From Eledone cirrhosa (Eukaryota): a stretch of 64,000 bases of DNA. Within the stretch, counting starts at the first letter, position 1; the number at the start of each line of letters is the position of its first letter. The position numbers and the translations under genes are program-made. The notes below the pieces were generated by a model. It saw nothing but the letters and a program-made list of their open reading frames with translations. It made no database searches and was not told the DNA's origin. Shown one piece after another: positions 54,252-64,000 of the stretch. The stretch covers positions 231,322,001 to 231,386,000 of the forward strand of contig OZ024742.1 of the NCBI GenBank assembly GCA_964016885.1. Direction: 5' to 3'.

Positions 54252-54415
54252 CCGTTTCAACAGCTATTTCTGGAGTCCAGAAATAGCTGTCGAAACGGCT
54301 TGAGCTCTGCCGTTGGGGTCTTGAACATTTTTCTATTACCCACTCTACTACCCCAAGTATTGAGTACTCTGGTGCGTTATGGTCCATCTGGTTCCTTACC
54401 ACACTTCCTTCGTGA
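54250..54415. mobile_element. (TA)n-embedded element with 25-bp terminal fold-back; homolog of 24465-24669
   Basis: AGCCGTTTCAACAGCTATTTCTGGA-G-TCCAGAAATAGCTGTCGAAACGGCT, then CTATTACCCACTCTACTACCC..TATTGAGTACTCTGGTG matching the reverse complement of 24500-24550. Confidence 0.85.
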
Positions 54416-54859
54416 TATATATATTATTACTATATATATATACCAAATTTCACTCAATGCATTCGTCAAGTCGAGGTTTACATTAAAAGACACTTACTTG
54501 CTCTAGCTGACCCGTACCTGGGCTGAACCCGAATCTACGTGTTTGCGAAGGGAACTCCTTAATGACACAACCATGCCTCGCTTTTTACACACGTTTATCT
54601 TATGTACTATTTTTATTATTTCATTTATCTATGTTCTTTTTCCATTTTTGTTTCAAAATGGTTTTAATGTTTGTAAAGTTTTTACAAAATAAAACAAATT
54701 TACAGTTTCTAATTCACTGTTTCTATTAGACAATTATGAATTTTTTTATTCACATACTATTGGATCCCAAATAATAGGGGAGTGGGTTGGACAGTTGTTT
54801 AAATTCTTCATTGCAGTTGAATATGGTGGGTATTAAAGCGCATACCCCTGGTCTGGTGG

Positions 54860-55760
54860 GAGCACTCAGCTTCGGATAGTAAGAGAGTGGGGTGACAACA
54901 GTATGGGAGGTACATGAGGGTGAGGAACTAGTGGAAATGGAGGGGATGTGGTGGTTAGGTATAGCATGTGCGTAGACTGGAGGTGAGAGGAAGTCGTAGG
55001 TGACTGGATAATAGGGTTAGGGCTGGAGGTGAGATGGGTGTGGATGTTAACGGCAAACGGAGCGGAATGTGTCAAGTCCTTGTTTCATGACTGAGATGAG
55101 AAAATTGAAGATGGGGTGATTGAGGTGGAGGATGAACTGGGCAATGGATTGTGCAAGGAAGGGGTAGTAAATTGAGGAGAGAAGAAGGTAGGCTTTATGG
55201 AGATCTCAGTGGAGAGAATGAATTTGAAAGAGTGGAACGGAGAGTCATCTGCATGAGATGACAAGAGAAGCAGGTAAGGATAGGTTCAGTGGTGGGAACT
55301 AAGGTAGAAGCCTCAGGGAATGAGATGGTGGTACAGACATCTACTGAGGAATGTGACGTGACTGACATAGCGGGTTTTGGTAAAAAAAAGAGTTTGGAGA
55401 TATGCAAGGGGGATTGTATGTAAAGGTGGTGAAAGCGTTTAAAGGTGGAATTGAGCTGGTGGAGGAAGGATTTGGGATTTGGGCATGATTGAGAGATGAG
55501 TGTGGAGAAGCAATGGGAACAGACTAGCAGTACGGCAGAGGAAAAGACATGAGGTGGTGGAGAGAAGAGGCAAAAATACAAGGGTGGACAGTAGAGTAAG
55601 ATGAGGAAGCAAACAAGGAGTACCAGTGTGAGAGAGAAAAAATAGAATGGTGAGAAGTTGACTAATTGGAAGAGGAAAAGTGGTAGTGAATCGTGGTATA
55701 TTGGTATAAGGCATAAAGCAATCAGAAAATCCAGTGATCCAAAAAGATATCCAAGTGGAA
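54860..55760 (-). mobile_element. Degenerate N-terminal region of a Penelope-like element
   Basis: Hand translation TKTRYVSHVTFLSRCLYHHLIP*GFYL and LNHPIFNFL resemble the PLE N-terminal H..FL..C...LIP.G motif; pyrimidine-rich sense strand like 3010-4137. Confidence 0.6.
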
Positions 55761-56049
55761 GTTCAGGTAGAGTCCAGGTAAAAATCCAGTTCCAGGGAAA
55801 AAAATCAAATGTAGGAATCCAACGAATTTAAAGGTCCATGTAAACGTACATATATATATACATATACATATTTATATATGGCGTTAGGAAGGGCATATAG
55901 TCGTAGAAAACCAGCCAGAAACATTCCTATACGAGTGAAACACAGTCACTCGACCCAAATTGCCTCTAATGGGACAAACCCGTCTAACCCATGCTAGCGT
56001 AGAAGATAGACGTTAATCGATGATGACGATATACATATATATATACATA

Positions 56050-56220
56050 TGCAAAAGGCAAACAGAAATAACAAAGCAAACTACACAGTACAATTGAAGA
56101 AATATATTATTGGTTTTACACTTGATGTAGGTCTTAATATTTCAGAGACTAGTTCTTCATCAGAAAATAGAATGAGAAATTAAAGAAATAGAAAGATAGA
56201 GAGAGTGGGCAGTGACAGAA
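56050..56220 (-). mobile_element. Short pLTR-like remnant with hammerhead-like core
   Basis: Minus 56163-56140 CTGATGAAGAACTAGTCTCTGAAA, ending about 90 nt later in TA-rich sequence. Confidence 0.5.
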
Positions 56221-56361
56221 ATGGAAAAAAAAAAAACAGGTCTATTCAAGTCACCATCTCTTGGAAAACTTAATTCTGGCATTGTTGTATAAGAAAATCA
56301 GCTGGTGGAGATGCTGTGCTGTAAAGGACCTGTCCAACCTATGCAAGCAATAAAAAAAAAT

Positions 56362-56401
<40 letters not shown>

Positions 56402-57423
56402 ACATAAAATGGTGATGTTTTCCCCTGCTTTATGAGAAAAGAAGAGTTACCTTGATTTTGTGTTGAGATATCAGCTGTTGTTAGATCAAATGATCAGATT
56501 CTGTGCCTCACTTTTACAAAACCTAATAGAATTGCTGTTGTACATGACAGTACAATACGTCATCTTTATCATCACCATTGTTGTTTCTATGTCCACTTTT
56601 CCATGCTAGCATTGGTTAGACAAGGCTTTTTGAGACACCACATATTTCTCCAGTATATTAATGGGGTTATATTTTACACTGGTTTCTAAGATTTAAAAAA
56701 GAAATTATCTTGATTTTCTCTGCATTGAAGTGTAGTAGACCAGACAATGAGGATATCATACAGATCAGATGACTTAGCAGCCAAAGAGCCTCAGTTGCTG
56801 GATACTGCTCAGGTAGATAAATAAGGTATACCAGTCTCTCCTCCTCCCATTAGCACACCAACCCTGCACTAACTACTATACTCAATCTTCCCTCCCCAAA
56901 AGGTTGAATTCTCTCCCTGCTTGTCTTTCTTACATGCACTGATTTGGAAATTTAAGCAAAACACCATTAGCATGAACTTCACCAATTTCAGAGGGTTTGT
57001 GAAGGCTATGGACACAGCCCATTCCTCCAGATCAAGAAGAGTAAAAAATTCTACTTATATACCTCAAAATTTCCTTCACAATCACAACCTATTGGACCAA
57101 CAGTTCATCCTCACCAAGGATACAGCATGGCTTTGTGGTTAAGAAGCTTGCTTTGCAAACATGGGGCCTCAGGTTTGACCTATTACATAGTATATTGAGC
57201 AAGTGTTTTTACAATAGCCCTGGGTCAACCCAAGCCTTGTGAGTAAATCTGAGTAGAGAGAGACTATGTGAAAGCTCATCAGATGAATTGTGCCCGTAAT
57301 TCAATTTACATTATTGTGTAATGCTGAGTCAACTTGGGAATGACATTAAAGATGCATATATCTGTGGAATATTCAACCACTTACATGTTAATTCATTAAT
57401 TGGACATTTAATTGATCAAATAA

Positions 57424-58650
57424 CACTGGTCAACAAGTATTTTTCATCAAGCATATGTCAAGGTGTACTTAGTGTAGTTAGTGTAGTTTTTAATGCTGAT
57501 TTCAAATATACAATTATTTTTTTTGACATCATGTACAGTTTTCAAGATGAGAAAGTTTTGGGTTTTAACTCGTGCATAATATAGAAATTCCAATTAATGA
57601 CGTGTATGCATGTATTTCATTTACATCATGGAAACATACCTTTAAAATAAACTACATTATTCATTGGTGCATAGTTCAGAAGCAATATTTCATCATCTTA
57701 AATAAACCAATCAAGTTTTGTCTGATGAAATAGATATTTCAACATCCCAAATTGTCCAGTCATAATTGGTCTGATGAAATATTTCAAATTCAATATAAGT
57801 ATAACCGTTTGTATCCATTTCCTTACTTGTTTTACAGTGTTAACAATGTCAAGAGTTTAGAAATCGTCATGATGTGTTTTGTTATGTCTGAACAATTTAT
57901 TGTGAAAGCTGAAAAACGTACAACACCAGAGATCAAGAAGATTTATAAGCTATACTTTGACTGTCCTCTTGGAGATCAGGACAAGTTATGGGCACCACAT
58001 TTCACCTGCTCAGCTTGCTCAAATGGCTTACGTGACTGGTTCAAAAAGAAGAAGAAGTCTATGCCTTTTGACATTCCAATATGGAGGGAGCCGAAAGATC
58101 ATTTTAATGACTGTTATTTTTGCAAAGTAAATGTCACAGGATTTTCTATGAAGAATAAACACAAAATTGTGTATCCCAATTTGGATTGTGCAATGAGACC
58201 TGTGCCTCACAATGGAAGTCTGCCAATTCCAGTTCTACCAAATGATGGTATTGAAACATCAGATGATGATGCTGCTAACTGTCACGATAGTGCTGCTGAG
58301 GAAGATTACGTGGCTGATGATGATGATAGCTTTGAACCTCAGAAATGTTCCCAAGCTGAACTGAATGACCTTATCAGACTTATCCCCCTCAAAAGATAAA
58401 GCAGAACTGTTGGCATCATGACTGAAGGAGAAGTATCTACTAAAGCACGGTGTTCGGAGAGAAATGTGGTTCTACAAACGTGTTTTTCTGTTGAAGGCCT
58501 GCTTTGCTTTTGCAGTAACATCGATGGACTTTTCGATTTATCACAAAAAAATCATGATCCTGCAGAGTGGCGTTTGTTTATTGACTCTTCAAAACGAAGT
58601 TTAAAAGCTGTACATAATGTTAATTTGAAAACCAAATCAGTACTAAAGTG
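57424..58650 (+). mobile_element. Chapaev3-like DNA transposon remnant (left end and N-terminal transposase)
   Basis: CACTGG terminus at 57424; LGDQDKLWAPHFTCSAC...WREPKDHFNDCYFC...YPNLDCAMRPVPH...QAELNDL; WRLFIDSSKRSLKAV; frameshifted. Family assignment is from recalled motifs. Confidence 0.75.
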
Positions 58651-61036
58651 AAGCTACTGACCTTTCAGATGGACTGGGAGATATCTTGCTTATATATCAT
58701 CTCGTGCTTTACCAATCTTTTATAAACAATAAGAAACACCCTCATATTACAATAACGAGTATTATACGAGAGGAAGGGACATAACTCAGCTTGCCCCAAT
58801 TTTTTTTCTTTGATCAAACAAAAACAGGTTCTAAATTGTGTTAGTAAGGAGGGCAATGTCCATAGCTCGTTACAACCAACAGAAAGGTGGTAAATTTTCT
58901 TATCAAAGACCTTTTGTAAGGGAAGGATATAATAGAATATACTAGTGTATTACTGTTGTAGTTACAGCTTGCACCTAAGTAGTTTTATCTGGCTTCCTAT
59001 AAGATTGCATTTCATAGGTTTCTCAGGTGTCCTGACAAACCTTGTTCTATCATGAAAACCAACAAATTTATGATTGTGAGGTCAACACCCCACTCTAGGC
59101 CACATATCTGATATTTTATAGACCCTGGAAGGAAGATAAAATCAATCCCAGCTGTATTTGAACCCAGAGAATGTAGCAACAAATCATCATTGTTTATCAT
59201 CCACTTTTCTACGCTAACATAAGGTGAACAGATCAACACAGTCTAAATCTGAATTTAATTAGACAGACTGGGGTTACATCTTTACATACGTTCCTACACT
59301 TTACCAAGTGTACTGGGTGCATTTCGTTGAGTCACCAGCACTTATACCAGATGGGGAGAGAACATCGACAGTGAAAGAATCAAAAACACTGAAATAATGT
59401 CTTCAACTCCAACTATATTTTGTTTGACTATTTCCAAACACTTTTCTGTAGGAAAAATAAATATATAAAAGATGTGTTTGGATACATAATCAACATAGAT
59501 TTAGTCTCACTGTGGTATTATAAGTTAGGAACATATCACAGTTACCTCAATAACAGTGGAAGAGTACTGTATACATGTATTTTGTAGTTATTGCTCATCA
59601 TCAGTAGTGGGTTATGGACAACAATGCAAGCTTAACTGGCTAATAATAACTAATGTTAGCACTAACATTGATTCAGAATAAAGGTATATATGAACTCTCA
59701 TTTAGAATGTTTATGCATAATAAACATGCATATATATATATATATAGTCTTGATATGACAAATAATAACTCTAAAATACATATATACAGTGTTCATATAC
59801 AAGTACTGAGCTAGCTGTGATATTATCACAGCCAAAGTATCCACATTTAGACTATATGAAAAAGATAAAATGAAATTTACTATTCACACCCTTGCAGATT
59901 GAGCTGTATACTGTGTATTTATTTAATACATGTTCTACATTATCTAATACCTATTTAGTCTCATATATCACAGCTACCTCTGTATCAATGTAAGAACTCT
60001 GTATATATGTATTTCAGAGTCATTGTTTATCATCAGCAGTCACTTTCTGAAGCAGATATGAACGACAAATTTTGTATGATGAAAATGATAATTGTTTCTA
60101 CTTTTGGCACAAGGCCAATTATTAGCCAGTGCATTACTGGTACTTTATTTTATTGACCCCGTAAGGATGAAAGGCAAAGTCAACTGATAATGTATATAGG
60201 TCAGTTATATGTGTATCTGTTTTAGAATGGGTACACCACATCGTTGCATGGTATAAGAAACAACCAAAAAGATTTAGTGTCAAGAAGGGCATGACAGGCT
60301 ACAAAACATTGCCTCAAAAGTCCTAACCTATGTCAGCATGTAAAGATGATGTTAATGACATGCATTTATTCTGAATCATGTTAGTGCTAAGCAAATAAAA
60401 ATAGATTTTAAACAGAGAAAGAAAAAAGGAACAAAAGACTTTCTTTAAAAAAAAAAACATTTTATCACACTTTTAAATTGTCTCAAGACAGCAGACCTTC
60501 ACCTGAAGATCTACAATTGTGTACAAAATATTTAGGTCAATCACACAAAATGTTGACTGACATCAGTTCTTAAATGGAAGAAATTTCACTTGGTCAATTT
60601 TGTATAAGCAGCCTAAATGTGCTTCAGTTTTGATTTTTTTTTTCCCCTTTTGCACCATGCTTTAAATTCAAACAACAACGTTGAAAGAACAGGAAATTGG
60701 TGAAAAATGTGTGTAAAAAAGATCAAAGAAATTTCATACATCTGATTCCTTGAAGACACTCAAGTCCTCTGGCTTTAAATAGAATGAAGTATAGAGTGCA
60801 GCTGCAACTGAAATGGCAACTCCAGTATGAGATTTATATACAAATGAGTGAAAAACCAAGTGTTTTTTTTTTTGTTTTCTTTTGTTTTGTTTTTTTGTTA
60901 TTGCTGTACAGAGGGCTAGGAGTGACAGGTGGCTATATAGTTCATTAAACCAAACCATCAGACACCTGGAAACAATTCAAAGTTAGGATCATGAAGGAGA
61001 ATTCATGAATTAGATATATTTATATATATTTTTAAG

Positions 61037-61168
61037 TTAATGCCGCCGACTGCGACTGCGACTTCGACTTGATGGTCTCCGATTTGGACGCCAATTTTCT
61101 TCTCGTTTATCTTTCCGAGCCCTATCAGAACTGCCAGCTCTTTTATCACTACTTCGGTCTGGTCGATC
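61037..61168 (-). CDS. Terminal coding exon of a host gene with an RS (Arg/Ser) C-terminus
   Basis: Acceptor with a long poly-T tract then AG|G at 61169/61168; 44 codons DRPDRSSDKRAGSSDRARKDKREENWRPNRRPSSRSRSRSRRH*; followed by non-repetitive AT-rich putative 3' UTR with AATAAA near 60365-60370 (minus). Confidence 0.72.
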   Translation of the reverse strand, partial: DRPDRSSDKRAGSSDRARKDKREENWRPNRRPSSRSRSRSRRH

Positions 61169-62095
61169 CTAAAAAAAAAAGAAATGAAATCATTTAACAT
61201 CCGTTTTCCCTGCTAGCAAACGTTGGATGTATAATATGTACATATGTATGTATTTGTCATTGTGTTTGTATGTATGTCTGTGTGGTGACCATCCTCACAA
61301 TCTAAAACTTACTCTCCCCACTTTCAGCTCCAAATTGCCAACTCATCATCCAATGATGCCAGCAGAGAAGCTAGATGTACCTCACAATATTACCAGACAT
61401 CACTCACTCCCCAAAGACCACCCCTTCCTCCCTTGGCAAACAATAAGTAGCCTACTCTCGTGATCACACCACCTCACTGCTCTCCTAAACTGGCCAAGGA
61501 CATAAGCACCTTACTATTGAAATCTGGTAGTGCATGTGCCAAAATAAAATGTACCCGGCCCACACTGCTAAGTGGTAGTGTTGGTGCCGCAATAAAAAGC
61601 ACCCAGTCCACCCAGTCAGGTAGAAGTAATGGTGCCATGATAAAATGCACCCAGTACATGGTGTGAAGTGGTTGATGTTAGGAAAGGTATCAAGCCGTAG
61701 AACCATGGAATCTAGCCATACAATGTGACTATCTAACACATGCAAGCATAGAAAATAGATGTAAAACAGTAATACTGATGTTACGTTTATGTATTTGTTC
61801 TGCAAGATTCTTGATGTGAAATCATGTGTTGAAACTGATGTTATATTTGGATGGTCATGTTGCCAATATTGCCAATAGAAAGAAACACACGCACCATATA
61901 ATTTTCACTTCATCTTTATTGTTCGTTATTCATTTGTTTATCAAGCTTCTATTCCATCTTGTCTACGTTTGTGGTGCAAAACAAAGACAAGATGGAGTAG
62001 AAGTTTAAAACCAGGAAAAAGAAGCAGCACAAAACAGATAATCATTGAGGTCACAGAATGTGTGATGAAAGAATTTGAATAAATAAATGAATAAT

Positions 62096-62279
62096 TGTTT
62101 CTACATTTGGCACAAGGCCAGCAATTACTCAGTACGTTACTGGTACTTTATTTTATCGACCCTGTAAGGATGAAAGGCAAAGTTAACCTCGGCAGGATTT
62201 GAACTCAGATCGTAAGGGGACGTAACTATGCTGGAAAGCATGTCCGACCCTCTACCGATACTGCCAATTCACCGCCCTG
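62096..62279 (-). mobile_element. tRNA-derived SINE with TSD
   Basis: Full head and body; AATAAATGAATAAT at 62082-62095 and 62280-62293. Confidence 0.88.
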
Positions 62280-62529
62280 AATAAATGAATAATGAACAGT
62301 AAAGATAAACTGAAAATTATATAGTATGTGTGTGTGTTTCTTTCTATTGGCAATATGACCATCCCCAAATATAATAATAATGATGATGATGATAGAAATC
62401 CTTTCATAGAATTAAAACAAAATCTACATTATGGCTTATATAACTAGTATTGGCAAATTTTCTATCTAGAATACCATGTCAATCACAGTGTTTATCTGGT
62501 GAATTTCGTATATTAAATATATATTTCGT

Positions 62530-64000
62530 ATATGAAAGGCTACTAAATGAGGAGAATAAATGGGAGAAAGACAGTCTCCCCCATATCGACCCAATAGAGG
62601 GACCAGCAGTGTTAGTCGAGGGGAGTATAATAAGTAAGGCAATCAAGGATATGAAGACGGGTAAGGCGGCTGGGCCTTCGGAAATAGTTGCTGAGATGCT
62701 GAAGGCATCTGGCACGGTGGGACACACCATGGTCACCCGCATAGTTAACCAAGTCGTACAGAATGGGGTTGTTCCGAAGGACTGGCATAGCAGCATCATC
62801 GTTAACTGTTATAAGGGTAAAGGAGACGCCCTAGATAGGAGTAACTATAGAGGCATTAAATTAATCGACCAGGTCATGAAGGTCACGGAAAAAGTAATAG
62901 CGCAACTAATCAGAGAGAGAATTGACCTAGATGAAATGCAGTTCGGGTTTGTGTCAGGCAAAAGCACCACAGACGCTCTTTTCATAGTACGACAACTACA
63001 GGAGAAGTACCTAGCTAAAGGTAAACCCCTCTACTTAGCTTTTGTCGACCTGGAGAAAGCCTTCGACAGAGTCCCCCGCTCCATTATCTGGTGGGCTCTT
63101 AGAAAACTAGGCGTTGACGAATGGCTTGTGAGGGCTATACAAGCCATGTATAAAGAAACAGTCAGCAAGGTTAGAATTAACAACGAATATAGTGAAGAGT
63201 TTAGCGTAAAAGTTGGCGTCCATCAGGGCTCTGTTCTCAGCCCCCTACTATTTATTATTGCCCTTCAGGCTATAACAGAGGAGTTCAAGACAGGCTGCCC
63301 ATGGGAACTCCTATACGCAGACGACCTGACACTCATAGCGGAATCAATGGCCGAGCTAGAGAAGAAATTCCAAACATGGAAGCACGGCCTAGAGTCAAAA
63401 GGACTTAAAATTAACCTGGCTAAGACCAAAGTTCTAGTTTGTAGGAAAGAAAACAAGGCGGCGGTCCCTTCTGGGAAATGGTCGTGCTCGGTGTGTAGGA
63501 AAGGCGTAGGTAGAAACTCCATTTTATGTCCTAAATGCAAAGTATGGGTGCATAAAAGATGTAGTGGGATATCAGGTAAGCTAACTAAGAACATAGATTT
63601 TACATGTGGCCGGTGTTCTGGTGCAATAAGTAGCAGCAAGTGCCCATAAAATACTAGCTCTTTCAATTGCGCAGAGGGTTCTATAGAAATAGTGGACAGC
63701 TTCCGTTACCTGGGCGATAAAATCAGCAGTGGGGGAGGGTGCTCTGAAAGTACTGTAGCTAGAGTCAGAACTGGTTGGAAAAAGTTCAGAGAGCTTATAC
63801 CACTATTAGCTGCTAAAGGGTTCTCCCTAAAAATGAAAGGCAGGTTGTACGATGCCTGCATACGAACAGCAATGTTGCATGGTAGTGAGACCTGGGCATT
63901 GTGTGCAGAGGATATACGCAGACTAGAGAGGAACGAAGCTTGCATGCTCCGCTGGATGTGTAACAGTAATATACGTGAACAGCAAAGCATAAACGAACTA
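62530..64000 (+). mobile_element. Young RTE-clade LINE (5'-truncated) with a PHD-like Cys cluster after the RT core
   Basis: NYRGIKL, QFGF, VDLEKAFDRV, GVHQGSVLSP, LLYADD, then WSCSVC...CPKC..WVHKRC...CGRC; single in-frame TAA at 63647-63649, after which the frame continues (EIVDSFRYLG...AMLHGSETW) to the window end. Confidence 0.92.

Overview
Eukaryotic, AT-rich, repeat-dominated DNA. The SINE families, dense (TA)n/(TACA)n/(GATA)n/(TG)n microsatellites, RTE LINEs and the GEKP-linked C2H2 array suggest an octopod cephalopod (inference). Two probable host genes: an 11-finger C2H2 zinc-finger ORF (46022-47095, +) and the terminal RS-domain exon of a minus-strand gene (61037-61168). Nearly everything else is retroelement-derived: Penelope-like elements (PLEs) with hammerhead-ribozyme (HHR) motifs, an R4/Dong-type REL-endonuclease LINE, six same-orientation Tx1/L1-clade copies, RTE and CR1-like LINEs, tRNA-derived SINEs, plus Tigger/pogo and Chapaev3-like DNA transposon remnants. 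The main hidden patterns: (1) retroelement families appear sorted into their own microsatellite niches (Tx1 in (GATA)n, R4/Dong in (TACA)n, PLE/HHR elements in (TA)n); (2) four near-perfect fold-back elements in (TA)n, all symmetric about a TTTC...GAAA motif matching the 3' half of a hammerhead core; (3) two 5'-inverted retroelements. Most short ORFs in the track are microsatellite translations or antisense shadows. All alignments and folds were done by eye, so most element boundaries are approximate.
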